A stretch of DNA of 64,000 bases from an uncultured delta proteobacterium (GCA_963745835.1 CAVUZH010000005.1:1-64000); one strand, 5' to 3'. Positions 19,129 to 29,990 are shown, counted from the stretch's first letter. Made by a program: numbers and translations. The notes: a model not told the origin generated them from the letters alone.

Positions 19129-19623
19129 ATGAGACTGTCACATCGAATAATTTTTATTGACTCTTCAGACCGGGTTCTTCGCATGCCCAATAGCCGGTTC
19201 GAGAAGCTTCTCGAACCTCGGCCAACCGAGCGACTGCCGGAGTTTGCACGCCAGCGCGTGCGTGTTGCAGAGGTGATCGTCGGACTCGAAAAGCGGCGCC
19301 CGGTCGAAGTAGTTCGCCTCTCCTATTTTTATCTGCATTTCGATAAGAGCGGATTCGCGGACTACGAAAGATTCATGCGTCACGGTGCGTTAGCGATGGA
19401 GGCGGTGATGGGTTCAGACTGGTCATTTTCAAATGAGAGATCCAATGTAATACGAGCCGGACATCGATTTGCGGCGCGCCGTCGGGATCATGAAGCGATG
19501 TGGAAACCAACGTCGTCATTAGCCAGATCGATCCACGAAGCAGCACTCGACGATCCGGCATATTCCCGTCTGTTTTCTAAGATAAAGAATCCTGTGGCGA
19601 CCCCCGGCAATCGAGGAAGGTGA
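19129..19623 (+). CDS. Hypothetical protein
   Basis: 164-aa ORF with globular-protein composition (RIIFID...FARQRVRVAEVIV...W.P...LARSIHEAAL); function unknown. Confidence 0.65.
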   Translation: MRLSHRIIFIDSSDRVLRMPNSRFEKLLEPRPTERLPEFARQRVRVAEVIVGLEKRRPVEVVRLSYFYLHFDKSGFADYERFMRHGALAMEAVMGSDWSFSNERSNVIRAGHRFAARRRDHEAMWKPTSSLARSIHEAALDDPAYSRLFSKIKNPVATPGNRGR

Positions 19624-19740
19624 ACGCTCGAGTTATGTCGACCCGATTGGACGGGACAGCCGGAGTTCTCTTCCCCTGTCTGACGGCGATACTTGCGGGG
19701 CACAATGTTGTAGAGTAAACGTTAGGTTGAAGAGTGACCA

Positions 19741-19929
19741 ATGGACACTGCGAAAGAAGAAGTGCGGCGCATCCTAGAATCGCTTCCAGATGATGCCACC
19801 TTAGAGGACATACAGTACCGGATTTACGTTCGCCAAGCGATTGCGGCTGGTGTGCGCGACATTGACCAAGGGCGGATTGTAAGCCAAGACGAGGTCGAGC
19901 GGCGGATGTCGCGATGGACAAAGAAGTAG
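19741..19929 (+). CDS. Putative antitoxin of a RelE/ParE pair
   Basis: TAKEEVRRILESLPDDATLEDIQYRIYVRQ.I..G..DI..GR.VS..EVE.RM.RW; overlaps the toxin start. Confidence 0.8.
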   Translation: MDTAKEEVRRILESLPDDATLEDIQYRIYVRQAIAAGVRDIDQGRIVSQDEVERRMSRWTKK

Positions 19930-20208
19930 TTTGGACCCTACTGGCTACCACAGACCTTGAATCTATTGTCGAATATATTTTTACGTGACTCGGAAGCTTA
20001 CGCAGCGGCAGTAGCACGGGAATTGATGGCGGCGGGCCGGTCTCTCGCTACACTTTCTGAGCGTGGACGCATAGTGGCAGAGTACGAGGACCCCGCGGTA
20101 CGAGAACTAATCGTTCGCCGATATCGCCTCATTTATCGGGTGCGCTTAGACTGCGTTGAAGTGTTGCGCATCATTCATGGCGCTCGCCAGCTCCCTACGA
20201 CCGTTTAG
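19914..20208 (+). pseudogene. RelE/ParE toxin with +1 frameshift
   Basis: MDKEVVWTLLATTDLESIVEYI then a frame change at the T-run near 19978-19982 to RDSEAYA...GRIV.EY...VRELIV..YRLIYRV...VLRIIHGAR. Confidence 0.82.
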
Positions 20209-20372
20209 AAAGCCAAGAAACTCAAAAAGGTTCGCGAGAACTGCCGGCAGGTTTCGGAACAAAAAAACTCCCGCGATCTTTTCCACTCATTCCAAGTCTG
20301 TAAACTGAGTCCCATTGGTGAAAAAACCTTTCGGGCGCTAATTGCCCCGAATAATGCAGAAGATAAATGCCT

Positions 20373-20469
20373 TGAGACGGCATAGAACTCCGGTCGAAGA
20401 ACCCGTGCCTCTAGTTTGCCCCAGCTACAGAGGTGCATCTAAAGAGACCTTCACAGTCTTTCATGTGAC
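20373..20469. repeat. ~100-bp direct repeat, copy 2
   Basis: Same three exact blocks as 18855-18954. Confidence 0.9.
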
Positions 20470-20514
20470 CCGCACCCCCAATACGCTTATGCTAGATTAC
20501 CGCGCGGTAAACGC

Positions 20515-21576
20515 TTGAGTATTCCGATAGCCACGTTGATTTTTGTCCTGTTTGCCGGCACGGCGTTTTCGGCACCGGCGGCACAGCGCCCAAGCGCGAA
20601 TAGCAATGAGCGCGCTGTAGCGGATTTCTATCGCGGCAAAGTCGTGCGCATCGTCGTCGGCTTTCCGCCGGGCGGCGGCGCTGACGTTTATTCAAGGCTT
20701 CTCGCCCGCTATCTCGGCCATTCGATTCCCGGTAGTCCGACGGTGGCGGTGACAAACATGCCGGGCGCCGGCAGCATTATTGCCGGCAATCATATCTTCA
20801 ATGCCGGGGCCACGGACGGCACAGAGATCGGCATGCTCAACGGCGCGGTGATTCTCGAACAGCTATTCGGCAACCCAGCAGTCCAGTTCGACATGGGGCG
20901 ATTTCGCTATCTCGCGGTACCAGTAACCGAGATCTACGTCATGATCGTCACGCGCGACTCGGGTATCACGAGATTCAGCGAGCTCATTGGAGCCAAGGCG
21001 AAACAGGCCGTCCTCGGCGCCATTCCCAATTCAACCCTGGAGCATGCGCCGATCCTGCTGCGCGATGCTCTGAATGTGAATTTGAAAGTGGTGTCCGGCT
21101 ACAAAGGCAGCGCGGACATCCGCCTGGCCATCGACTCGGGCGAGATCGGCGGTTTTTTCAATCCGTGGAGCACGGTCAAGGCGAGCTCGTTGGATAAATT
21201 TGCCAGCGGCCAGTGGTCGGTGATCCTTCAGCTGAGCGACCGATCGCTGCCCGATCTGCCATCGGCTAACGTCCCGACGATAGCCGATCTAACGGCAGAC
21301 GAAAGCCAGCGCATGCTGTTGCGTTACGGCACTTTGGCGCCGAACCAATTCGGCAAGGTTTACATGCTGCGCCCCGGCGTGCCGGCGGCTCGGGCCGCGG
21401 CTCTCGAAGCCGCGTTTACCAGAACTTTCGCTGACCCGAATTTTCAAGCCGAGGCGGAAAAGAGCCAATTGGAAATCTCACCGCTCTACGGTGAGTCGAT
21501 CCGGCAAATCGTCGGCGACTTTCTAACTATGCCACCGGCCATCAAGGAACGGCTGAAGCGTTCTCTCAAACGGTGA
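20515..21576 (+). CDS. Bug/TctC tripartite tricarboxylate transporter substrate-binding protein
   Basis: FYRGKVVRIVVGFPPGGGADVYSR, NMPGAGS, GYKGSADIRLAIDSGE. Confidence 0.9.
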   Translation: MSIPIATLIFVLFAGTAFSAPAAQRPSANSNERAVADFYRGKVVRIVVGFPPGGGADVYSRLLARYLGHSIPGSPTVAVTNMPGAGSIIAGNHIFNAGATDGTEIGMLNGAVILEQLFGNPAVQFDMGRFRYLAVPVTEIYVMIVTRDSGITRFSELIGAKAKQAVLGAIPNSTLEHAPILLRDALNVNLKVVSGYKGSADIRLAIDSGEIGGFFNPWSTVKASSLDKFASGQWSVILQLSDRSLPDLPSANVPTIADLTADESQRMLLRYGTLAPNQFGKVYMLRPGVPAARAAALEAAFTRTFADPNFQAEAEKSQLEISPLYGESIRQIVGDFLTMPPAIKERLKRSLKR

Positions 21577-21869
21577 ACAGGGCGCTGGACGGGAAAGACA
21601 GTTCCTCCTTACGCTCGCGCTTCATGTTGCCGGGGTCACCCACCCGTTAGCGAGGCACCATTAGCAGGCAGGTCAAGAGGCACAAACGTTCCTGCGAGAA
21701 TTCTTCTTGTTCTCTCTTTCAACTCTGTTGGAATGTGTGATCCCGAAGTGACGCGCCCCTGTTTTCAATCAGTCGGTGTCGGACTGTAGGTCCGCACCGG
21801 TCACCCATCAGGTTCAAGGCTTTGGAAGCTGTCCTCTACGGGCAGTGATCTCTCGCTCTGGCAATTTTC

Positions 21870-22042
21870 GTTGATGGCTATGCCGCGCGAATGGTGCGGG
21901 ATCAAAGCGAAAGATTTGGCAGAACACCTCAATCGCGATCCATCAGCCTATTGCATACAGCATACGTGGAGAAGGGGAATAAGCGATCAGAGTCGGAGTT
22001 GCGACGTTGGCTGAACATTAAGTCAACAACTCGGGCCAGACC
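21870..22042 (+). pseudogene. RAYT C-terminal remnant
   Basis: REWCGIKAKDLAEHLNRDPS...AYVE...RSESELRRWLNIKSTT; ends GTCAACAACTC. Confidence 0.7.
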
Positions 22043-22107
22043 TTAAGTACCCAATCCAAGCGTTTCGGGTTTAGCTGAGTTCGCAGTCGGCACTACGATT
22101 GCCTTCG

Positions 22108-23106
22108 TTAGCTATTGTACAGCTTTTCCATCACGTTCCGGGCAAAGCTTCTGAGGAGAGATATTTTCGAATCTCCGATACAGGGAACTATGGTGATCTC
22201 ATCGATGCCGGCATCGATAAACTCACGCACCTTCGCTCTCACCTGATCTGGCGTTCCGGCAAGTCCAAATCGGTCCACCCACTCGTCGCGAATCAGATCT
22301 TGATGCTCCGGACCCATATGATGGTAGGTGTCGTAATGTTCTCTGAGGCGTTCCAGGGCCGTCCGATCCTCTTGGTCGTGAAGCTCGTTGCGGTTGTATA
22401 ATCTTCCCAAGTGGGTAAACGCCACGCTCGCGATTATACCTTTGATTTTTGCTCTCGCCTCAGAAGCGTTGTCGCTTAATGAACACGGCAGCCGATAAAC
22501 GAAACGAACCTCGGCGTGCGGTCGGTTCGCTTGCCCGGTATATCCGCGAACCCTTTCGACGACAGCCTCCAGTGTCTCAGTCTCTCCAGTGTAGATCAGC
22601 CCATCTGCGAGCCGGCAGGCTATTTTCATAACTTGCGTGGCTCGCGTGCCGATGTACATCGGCACGTGTCCTGGCGGAAAAAGACAGCGGACATCTTTCC
22701 CTCCCAGGTTTACTGTCTCACCGGCGAAAAGCTTTGTCAGAATAGTAATATTTTCTTCGAGCTCTGGTATGGATACCGGTTTCATGCCGATATTACCTGG
22801 TCCGGTAGCTCCGACGCCGAAACCAAGAAAAGCCCGGCTTTCGCTTAGCTCGTTCAATGTCGCTATAGCGCTTGCCGTGACCGTCAGATGGCGCACGGTA
22901 GGATGCGTCACGCCGGGTCCGATGTGAATCCGCTTTGTCGCAACGGCGATGGCTCCGGCCAAGACGTACAGCTCGCGCCAGATCATGTGCGAATCGCCGA
23001 TCCAAACACGTTCATAGCCGAGTTCTTCGGCGACCCGCGCAACCTCAACAGCCTCGCGCGTGTGTTCGGTACCAAACAGCGCAAAACCAAAAGTAATTTT
23101 ATGCAT
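22108..23106 (-). CDS. LLM-class flavin/F420-dependent oxidoreductase (Mer-like)
   Basis: ARVAEELGYERVWIGDSH, TKRIHIGPGVTHP..RH, RAFLGFGVG, GTPDQV. Confidence 0.9.
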   Translation of the reverse strand: MHKITFGFALFGTEHTREAVEVARVAEELGYERVWIGDSHMIWRELYVLAGAIAVATKRIHIGPGVTHPTVRHLTVTASAIATLNELSESRAFLGFGVGATGPGNIGMKPVSIPELEENITILTKLFAGETVNLGGKDVRCLFPPGHVPMYIGTRATQVMKIACRLADGLIYTGETETLEAVVERVRGYTGQANRPHAEVRFVYRLPCSLSDNASEARAKIKGIIASVAFTHLGRLYNRNELHDQEDRTALERLREHYDTYHHMGPEHQDLIRDEWVDRFGLAGTPDQVRAKVREFIDAGIDEITIVPCIGDSKISLLRSFARNVMEKLYNS

Positions 23107-23237
23107 GCGGGGCCTGGATTGCTGCGATTCGCCATCACCTACCGGAAGAACGTTTCGAAGATCGATCTTTTTCGCCGCAATTTGGGAGGGCGGATCTCAA
23201 CGCTCGCTTTATTGCTGATGGTGCGAGGTAGGTGCGG

Positions 23238-24245
23238 TTACTTGGCATAGATTTCCTTGAAGAATCCTTCTCTCTCCAGTTCTTCGAGAAATTTCAAATT
23301 GACGAACTCTTCAGGTTTCTTTCCTTTCGCAGCGGGCGATCGCTTGGCGACTTCCTCGAGCGCAAATCGGATCCCTTCGAGGTTGGGATATGCCTTGGCG
23401 TCGGTGATCTGGACGTAATCCTCGTATGTTGCCGAGAGAAATTCCGGATTTTTGATCTTTACATATTTGTCCAAAATCGCTTTGGTAGGTTCTGGATTGT
23501 TTTTGCCGTAGTGGATTCCGGCGATGAGTCCTTTTAAATAATTTTTCACGAGCTGGGGTTCTTCTCGGATGAGGCGATCGGTCGTTTCCACAATCGCCTG
23601 AGGATATGGAATCTGCAACTGAGCCAAATCGGCCAGCACCAGAAAACCTTGTTTTTGGGCCGTGATATCAAGGGGAACGCCTACGATCGTCGCATCGATC
23701 GCGCCCCCCGCTAACGCGGCAAAGCGATTCGATTGTTCTCCCGCCTGAACCAGGACAACATCCTTATCCGGGTTTAACGTGAACTTGGACAGGAACAGGC
23801 GAACTGCGGTATCCGTGCTTGAGCCAAAGCGACTGATCCCGATTTTCTTGCCTCTCAGTTGATCCGAGCGAGTAATACCTTTGGCGACAATCATTTTGTA
23901 AGGAAGCGTATTGATAAGCGCGCCGACAATAGTGCTATCTGCGCCTGCTGACCGGGAGGCGATGGTCACTGGTCCGGCGACCATCGAAATCTTTACCTCG
24001 CCTGCCATCGAGGCTTGCGCCAGTAGAGAACCCGCCTGAAAAACAACCAGCCTCGCGTCCAGTCCATACTTTCGAAACAGGCCAGTATCTCTGGAAACGA
24101 AGGAATGAATGGTGTTGTTGTTCAAGCCGGCAATTCCGACCGGAACCGTCCTGAGAGTTTGCGCAGAAAGCGACGGTGCAAATGATGACAATACTATTAG
24201 AGACAATAGTAGAGCGAAGGCGCCGGTCACCGTTTCTCTTTTCAT
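23238..24245 (-). CDS. ABC substrate-binding protein, NMT1/THI5/SsuA-like
   Basis: Signal peptide; GLFRKYGLD, LRGKKIGISRFGS. Confidence 0.9.
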   Translation of the reverse strand: MKRETVTGAFALLLSLIVLSSFAPSLSAQTLRTVPVGIAGLNNNTIHSFVSRDTGLFRKYGLDARLVVFQAGSLLAQASMAGEVKISMVAGPVTIASRSAGADSTIVGALINTLPYKMIVAKGITRSDQLRGKKIGISRFGSSTDTAVRLFLSKFTLNPDKDVVLVQAGEQSNRFAALAGGAIDATIVGVPLDITAQKQGFLVLADLAQLQIPYPQAIVETTDRLIREEPQLVKNYLKGLIAGIHYGKNNPEPTKAILDKYVKIKNPEFLSATYEDYVQITDAKAYPNLEGIRFALEEVAKRSPAAKGKKPEEFVNLKFLEELEREGFFKEIYAK

Positions 24246-24378
24246 TTGGTCTCCGCTAACGAGGTGGGAAGATTGATTGCGACCTTCTGTGCTGTATCTA
24301 CATTGGGCCGAATATCATGAACGCTTGATAGCGCGCAAGCGTCAGGAATAGGCCGCGACAGGCCCTGGATTGAGTTCA

Positions 24379-24408
24379 TTGACACAAGTTAAACCGCTTC
24401 GCTATAAG
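24379..24408 (+). promoter_or_regulatory. Sigma70-like promoter
   Basis: TTGACA-N18-TATAAG upstream of the cyclase gene. Confidence 0.55.
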
Positions 24409-24447
24409 TCGTGAATGCCTTCAGGAACCCGCAAAGGAGATGAAACT

Positions 24448-25323
24448 ATGATCGATCGGAATGAAGTTGATGAGGTAGGAGCGGCAAAATTCTTGACGCC
24501 CGAGGTCATACGATCGGCGGTTGGGTTGGTCAAAAAGGGGAAAATCTATCCACTTGGTCAGGTGCTAGAATCGGGTATGCCGCAGTTGCCACGTCACCCG
24601 CCTCTGGTTATAGCGCCGTTTACCACTCCGTATCAGTCGCAAAAACGTTGGGAGCAGCGAGGAGCGAAGAACCTGCCGGGAGCGGCGTCTGAACGGGTTG
24701 AAATCAATACGCACAGCGGCACACACATCGATGCCTTGGGCCACTGGTCTAACTGCAACAAAAACTACGGAGGACTCGACGCCAGAGACAACTATACAGA
24801 GAGAGGACTGGCTCATTTAGGCCTGGAGCATATCCCTCCGATAATCGCGCGCGGAGTTCTCATTGACATCGCTGGTCTCAAACGAGCAGAGATGCTCGAG
24901 TCCGGGGTCGTGATCACAGTCGGCGATATCCAGGCATTTCTCGAAAACAACAAGTTAGAAATCCGCAGAGGTGATGTCGTCCTTATTCACACAGGGTGGT
25001 CTAAACTGTGGCAACAACGTGATGCGCGTTATTGCATGGAAGAGCCGGGGCCTGGACGTGAAGCCGCCGTTTGGTTAGCCGATCAGGAAATCGTCGCGTT
25101 GGGAACTGACACTATGGCAGTTGACGTGGACCCCCCTGAAGATCCGGCGTTTCCCCGTGTAGTTCACCAGATCATGTTAGTTGATCGCGGTATAAACCTG
25201 ATTGAGAATATGTATCTGGATGAGCTCGTAAAAGATAAAGTTTATGAGTTTCTTTTCGTTCTCACGACTCCCAAGCTCAAGGGCGGAACAGCTTTTCCGG
25301 TCGAGCCTATCGCAATCGTTTGA
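24448..25323 (+). CDS. Cyclase family (kynurenine formamidase-like) metal hydrolase
   Basis: AAGGAG RBS; HSGTHIDA, RGVLID, GDVVLIHTGW, H..L...G..LIE. Confidence 0.9.
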   Translation: MIDRNEVDEVGAAKFLTPEVIRSAVGLVKKGKIYPLGQVLESGMPQLPRHPPLVIAPFTTPYQSQKRWEQRGAKNLPGAASERVEINTHSGTHIDALGHWSNCNKNYGGLDARDNYTERGLAHLGLEHIPPIIARGVLIDIAGLKRAEMLESGVVITVGDIQAFLENNKLEIRRGDVVLIHTGWSKLWQQRDARYCMEEPGPGREAAVWLADQEIVALGTDTMAVDVDPPEDPAFPRVVHQIMLVDRGINLIENMYLDELVKDKVYEFLFVLTTPKLKGGTAFPVEPIAIV

Positions 25324-25395
25324 GCTTACAGATTTTGGAATAGCCGCCGGAGCTAATGGAAGCTGCCCGATGTCCGCTTGATGACGAGAAGGAGG

Positions 25396-26427
25396 ATGAT
25401 CATGGTTCTTCGATGGCTCGCTACTATGATTATTTTTTTAAGCGGCTCTGGATTCACAGCGTCTGCAGCAGAATTTTACACTGGAAAAACGATTCGCTTC
25501 ATCGTCGGAGCATCGGCGGGCGGCGGTTTCGATATCTATACGCGAGCGATCGCTCGCTACATGTCCAAACATGTACCCGGTAATCCGACAATTATTGTCG
25601 ATAACATGGCTGGAGCGGGCAGCTTAGTCTCGGCGAATTATATGTATAATCTTGCCAAACCCGACGGCCTTACCGTCGGGTTATGGAGTAGTACGCTGAT
25701 ACTGCAGCAAGTGATGGGTGGCGTAAAAGGTATTGAGTTTGATGGGCAGAAATACGAATGGATCGGCGTACCGAGCCCGGACAGCGTCGTATGCGCTCTG
25801 ACAAAAGCCAGCGGCGTAAACAGCATGGAAACTTGGTTGGCGGCGAAGGAGCCAGTCAAATTCGGCGGACAAGTCCCAGGGGTCCCGCCATCTGACAGTC
25901 CTCGAATTCTAAAAGGGGTTCTGAATCTGCCGATTCAACTCATCGAAGGATACAAAGGCACGTCCGATATCCGGTTGGCAGCCGATGCGGGTGAAGTTAG
26001 CGGTGCTTGTTACGCTTGGGAATCTCTCAAAGTTCAGTGGCGTACGGGTATAGAATCTGGGAACGTCAAGGTAATTGTCCAGGCGGTTTCGAAACGTCAT
26101 CCAGATCTTCCCGATGTTCCAAGCGCACTTGAGTTTGCTAAGACTCCGGAGGATAGCCAGCTCATCAAAGTCGCTCTCAATGACATAAACCTGATCAATC
26201 GAGCTTACTCTCTCCCGCCAGGAACGCCCAAAGAAAACGTGAAGATTCTGCGGACCGCATTTGCGGCTACAATGAAGGACCCGGAGTTTCTCAGCGAAGC
26301 AAAAAAATCAAACCTGAACATTCAACCGATATCCGGCGAGGAAGTAGAAATTAAGGTTCAAGAGCTTTTTAGACTATCGCCAAACTTGGTCAGTCGTTTA
26401 CGAGACATCCTAGTTCCTAAAAACTAA
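25396..26427 (+). CDS. Bug/TctC substrate-binding protein
   Basis: FYTGKTIRFIVGASAGGGFDIYTR, NMAGAGS, PDGLT, GYKGT. Confidence 0.9.
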   Translation: MIMVLRWLATMIIFLSGSGFTASAAEFYTGKTIRFIVGASAGGGFDIYTRAIARYMSKHVPGNPTIIVDNMAGAGSLVSANYMYNLAKPDGLTVGLWSSTLILQQVMGGVKGIEFDGQKYEWIGVPSPDSVVCALTKASGVNSMETWLAAKEPVKFGGQVPGVPPSDSPRILKGVLNLPIQLIEGYKGTSDIRLAADAGEVSGACYAWESLKVQWRTGIESGNVKVIVQAVSKRHPDLPDVPSALEFAKTPEDSQLIKVALNDINLINRAYSLPPGTPKENVKILRTAFAATMKDPEFLSEAKKSNLNIQPISGEEVEIKVQELFRLSPNLVSRLRDILVPKN

Positions 26428-26504
26428 AAACCGCAAGCAAGCTCTCCGCGGGCAATAAAACATGCTCCTGTTCGTGATGCATGTTCCGTCGCAGGGGGCT
26501 CAAG

Positions 26505-26609
26505 ATGCGATGATCAGCCGGTTGCATGCGGCACACGAAGAAACGGGATATCAACTTGGAATCGAAGCTGCAGCGTTGGCTGGGCGTTAACTCAACAACT
26601 CATGCCTAA
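26505..26609 (+). pseudogene. RAYT C-terminal remnant with end palindrome
   Basis: MISRLHAAH...ESKLQRWLGVNSTTHA*; ends TCAACAACTCATGCCT. Confidence 0.7.
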
Positions 26610-26711
26610 CCTCGCGCCGCAATGAAATCGGCGGCAAAGAGGTAGACATCTATTTTGGCCTGCCATATGGTTTCGGCAAGATTAGATTCTCTGCAAATTA
26701 GGAGGCCAACC

Positions 26712-28205
26712 ATGGGGCAAGCAACTGCGCCGTTTCAGATTCTCGAAGCAACTATCGATAGCATCCACGGTGCTTTTAAATCCGGCCAGTTGACCTGCCG
26801 CCAGCTGGTCCAAGCGTATATCGATCGCATCGACGCCTTGGACAAAGCCGGGCCGGCTATCAATTCGATCATCGCCGTCAGCTCGATGGCGATTGCCGAA
26901 GCGGATCGTCTGGACGACGCCTACAGGAGTTGCGGTCCGATCGGTCCACTGCATGGAATCCCGGTGATCCTGAAGGATCAGATCGATGCCCAGGGAATGG
27001 CGACAACGTTGGGATCGGTGTTGTTCAAAAACTTCTACCCGGACAAAGACGCTTTCATCGTAGAAAAGATGAGGCACGCGGGAGCGGTCATATTGGGAAA
27101 GGCGACGCTGGGTGAGCTGGGTGGCGGTGATACCCATGGTTCGCTGTTTGGATCAACAAAAAATCCTTATGCTTTAGAGCGCACCGTCGGCGGCTCCTCG
27201 GGCGGCTCTGCGGCGAGCGTCTCGGCAAATCTCGCTGCTCTCGGTGTCGGGCAGGAAGGTTTGGCTTCGATACGCCGCCCGTCAACGTGGAACTCCATAG
27301 TGGGAATGCGCACCACCGCGGGAATTGTGAGCCGCGCCGGAAGCTATTCCGGTTGGCCCCAGAAAGCCGGCACTCTCGGACCCATGGCCCGCACGGTTAA
27401 AGACCTGACGTTACTCCTGGAGGTTATCGCTGGCTACGATTCCGAAGATCCCTTGACGGTAAGGGGCTTTGGTCACATTCCCGAGAGCTTTAGTGATTTT
27501 CTCGACAAGGATGGTCTGAAAGGCGCACGCATCGGCGTATTGCGCGAACCGATGGGGTACAATTCTGAACCTGATTCAGACGATTTCAAGCAAGTCGGTG
27601 AGGTCTTCGACCGTGCGGTTGGCGAGCTAAAAGCCGGCGGCGCCGAACTCGTCGATCCCATCGTGATTCCGAAGCTCAACCAATTGTTGGCTAAGCGCGC
27701 GGACAATCCCACAGCAGGAGAAGAAGCGTTCAGAATCTATTACGGTCGAAATAGTCATCCGCCGTTTAAATCCCGTGCTGAGGCGATGGCATCGCCCGAG
27801 TTTGCCAAAGTGTTTCCCGGCGCAAAGATTCGTCTGAAGACGGCTTCGGACCCGGCAAAATACTATGAATACCTCATCGCCTGCGATGAGCTGATGACGA
27901 ACGTCTTAAAGGTAATGGCGGACAACAGGCTGGACGCCATCGTTCATAAATCCGTAGAACACCAGCCGACCTTGATCCGTGATGGTGTTAACCCGCCTCA
28001 CGTTAATCATCGAGGGGCGCCGCACCTAAACACGTTTTTGATATTTGTGCCGACGATCGCCGTTCCCGCGGGATTCACGCGCGACGGGCTTCCAGCAGGA
28101 ATCAGCTTTCTCGGGCGCCCTTACACCGACGGTCACATGATTAGGCTCGCGTACGCCTACGAGCAGGCGACCCACCATCGCCGCCCACCTGCCAGCACAA
28201 GTTAA
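26712..28205 (+). CDS. Amidase signature-family protein
   Basis: GPLHGIPVILKD, GGSSGGSA, ASIRRP, GPMARTV. Confidence 0.92.
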   Translation: MGQATAPFQILEATIDSIHGAFKSGQLTCRQLVQAYIDRIDALDKAGPAINSIIAVSSMAIAEADRLDDAYRSCGPIGPLHGIPVILKDQIDAQGMATTLGSVLFKNFYPDKDAFIVEKMRHAGAVILGKATLGELGGGDTHGSLFGSTKNPYALERTVGGSSGGSAASVSANLAALGVGQEGLASIRRPSTWNSIVGMRTTAGIVSRAGSYSGWPQKAGTLGPMARTVKDLTLLLEVIAGYDSEDPLTVRGFGHIPESFSDFLDKDGLKGARIGVLREPMGYNSEPDSDDFKQVGEVFDRAVGELKAGGAELVDPIVIPKLNQLLAKRADNPTAGEEAFRIYYGRNSHPPFKSRAEAMASPEFAKVFPGAKIRLKTASDPAKYYEYLIACDELMTNVLKVMADNRLDAIVHKSVEHQPTLIRDGVNPPHVNHRGAPHLNTFLIFVPTIAVPAGFTRDGLPAGISFLGRPYTDGHMIRLAYAYEQATHHRRPPASTS

Positions 28206-28256
28206 CCGGAGCTTCGAACAGAAGGGATTTCACCCGGCCCAGATATTTCAATCGAG

Positions 28257-29282
28257 CTATTTAAAAAGCGCTTGGTATTCCTTGTCGTACTCCTGGTAGC
28301 TATCCGCCAGCTGCCGGTTGATCAGAGAAATCTTTAGATTCTTTGCATCGAGTTTGGCGGAAACGGGAGGCATATCCGGGTTTGCGGGCACCCTGAATTG
28401 TTGTTTCTGGGAGATTACTTGACCCTCTTTCGACAAAAAAAAGTCGACGAACAACTTGGCGGCATTCGGACTGGGCGCATTTTTCGCTATGCCGATTACA
28501 ATCGGCGTCGCCACGATGGGTTCGAGCGCAACCCACTCGACCGTGTTCATTCCTTTCGATTTCATTTCCTCAACCCGGTGCGCGTAGACTAGTCCGAGCG
28601 GAAACTCGCCGCTCGACATAAGATTGGCAATCAACGTATGCCCCTTGCGCATGGTCGGTTGTTGGCTAGCCAAAGCTTTCATGAACTTTGCTGCCTTTTC
28701 TTTGCCCCAATAAAGCGCCAGGCCGCCGTACCAGACGGCATTATCGCGGTCGAGCGCGAATTTATCGCCTTTCCATCGGGGATGTAAAAGATCGTCCCAT
28801 GTCTTTGGCACGTCGGCTGCGGATACAATGGTTGGGTTGTAACCCAACACGAGATAATTCATGTAGAGAGTGGTCCAATATCCGTCCGGATCCTTGAAGT
28901 TGTCGGGAAATTTTTTTGCTTCAGGCGACTTGTAGCTTTGTAACAGCCCGAGCTTCTGCAACTGCCACGCTTCAAAGCTGTTGAATTGGGCAACATCGGC
29001 TTGGGGCCGCCCGGCGCGTGCTTCGGTGGTAATTTTCTGAAGAAGTTGTAAGGCGTTGCCGCGAAACGACTCGACTTTCAGAAACGGATACTTTTTCGTA
29101 AATGGACCGGCAACCTCATCGATCTCTTGGAGAGTCAACGAGGTATACAAAAGAAACTTGCCCTCCTTCTTTGCGCCATCGATAATATCCTGTGAGTGGC
29201 TTTTGACTGGTACAGCAAGTCCGAAGAAGGAGCACAAAGTCCAGGAGAGGGTGAGGCGGAGAACCGTCCGGCAGAGCTTCAT
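28257..29282 (-). CDS. ABC extracellular solute-binding protein (FbpA/AfuA-like)
   Basis: AKKEG..LLYTS, DPDGYW, YNP, PKTWDDLL.PRWKG, APSPNAAKLFVDF. Confidence 0.9.
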   Translation of the reverse strand: MKLCRTVLRLTLSWTLCSFFGLAVPVKSHSQDIIDGAKKEGKFLLYTSLTLQEIDEVAGPFTKKYPFLKVESFRGNALQLLQKITTEARAGRPQADVAQFNSFEAWQLQKLGLLQSYKSPEAKKFPDNFKDPDGYWTTLYMNYLVLGYNPTIVSAADVPKTWDDLLHPRWKGDKFALDRDNAVWYGGLALYWGKEKAAKFMKALASQQPTMRKGHTLIANLMSSGEFPLGLVYAHRVEEMKSKGMNTVEWVALEPIVATPIVIGIAKNAPSPNAAKLFVDFFLSKEGQVISQKQQFRVPANPDMPPVSAKLDAKNLKISLINRQLADSYQEYDKEYQALFK

Positions 29283-29462
29283 AATATTTCTCCTTTTCAG
29301 ACGTTATTGCGCAGAACGGAGACAGTTGACTCGAGGCGATCGCCGAATGGGCTTGATATATGTCCGTTGAAACAATCAGTCAATCGGTTTGTTGACACTG
29401 GCAGCAGTCGTGTATCGCTGATTTGGCGCTAACGAAACTAATTGAGTTGGCAAAGCGTAAGT

Positions 29463-29990
29463 GGGGTCAGGTCCGCCCAGGACGACAACAGCTCAGGGCT
29501 AGCAATGGCGCATTTTGGGAAACTGTTATCACGCCACCGCCATTGCAACCGATGAGCACTTGCATCGCGGTCTGGTCTATATCGATCTAAACATGGTGCG
29601 CGCCGCCGTCGTAAATCAGCCCGGACACTGCGAGGAGAGTGGCTTTTTGAAATCCGAGATATCCCAAGCGTGACCGCATAGTTGATTTACCGAGCCTGAG
29701 CGAGTTGAGCGGCTTTGTAAATCCGGAAGATTTTCAAAGAGCCCACCAGGAGTGGAACGAGCAAACGGCTGAAGAACGGCTTGGCGACTCGACACGATCA
29801 GTGGACGCGATCGGATGGGAGTCTGGGATTGTTGAGTAGGCGAATCGACAGCTTGGAATCAAAGCCATGCATCGCGATTTGATCGAAGCGAGGGAGCTAT
29901 GCCCTGCGCGAATCGCATGGAGCTTACGGCTTTGGTTTCACTGAGCAAATTGAACCGCTAAGTTCGGCAAACGCTCTTCTATGGAACGGA
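29463..29990 (+). pseudogene. Heavily degraded RAYT transposase of a second subfamily (central/C-terminal part)
   Basis: GGGGTCAGGTC flank, then across frames GAFWE.CYHATAIATDEHLHRGLVYIDLNMVRA.VV..P...FQRAHQEW...YALRE. Confidence 0.75.

Noticed and set aside
19721-19727. GTTAGGT before the antitoxin as an integron core site
   Set aside because: No convincing complementary R''/L boxes upstream; a 7-mer alone is expected by chance.
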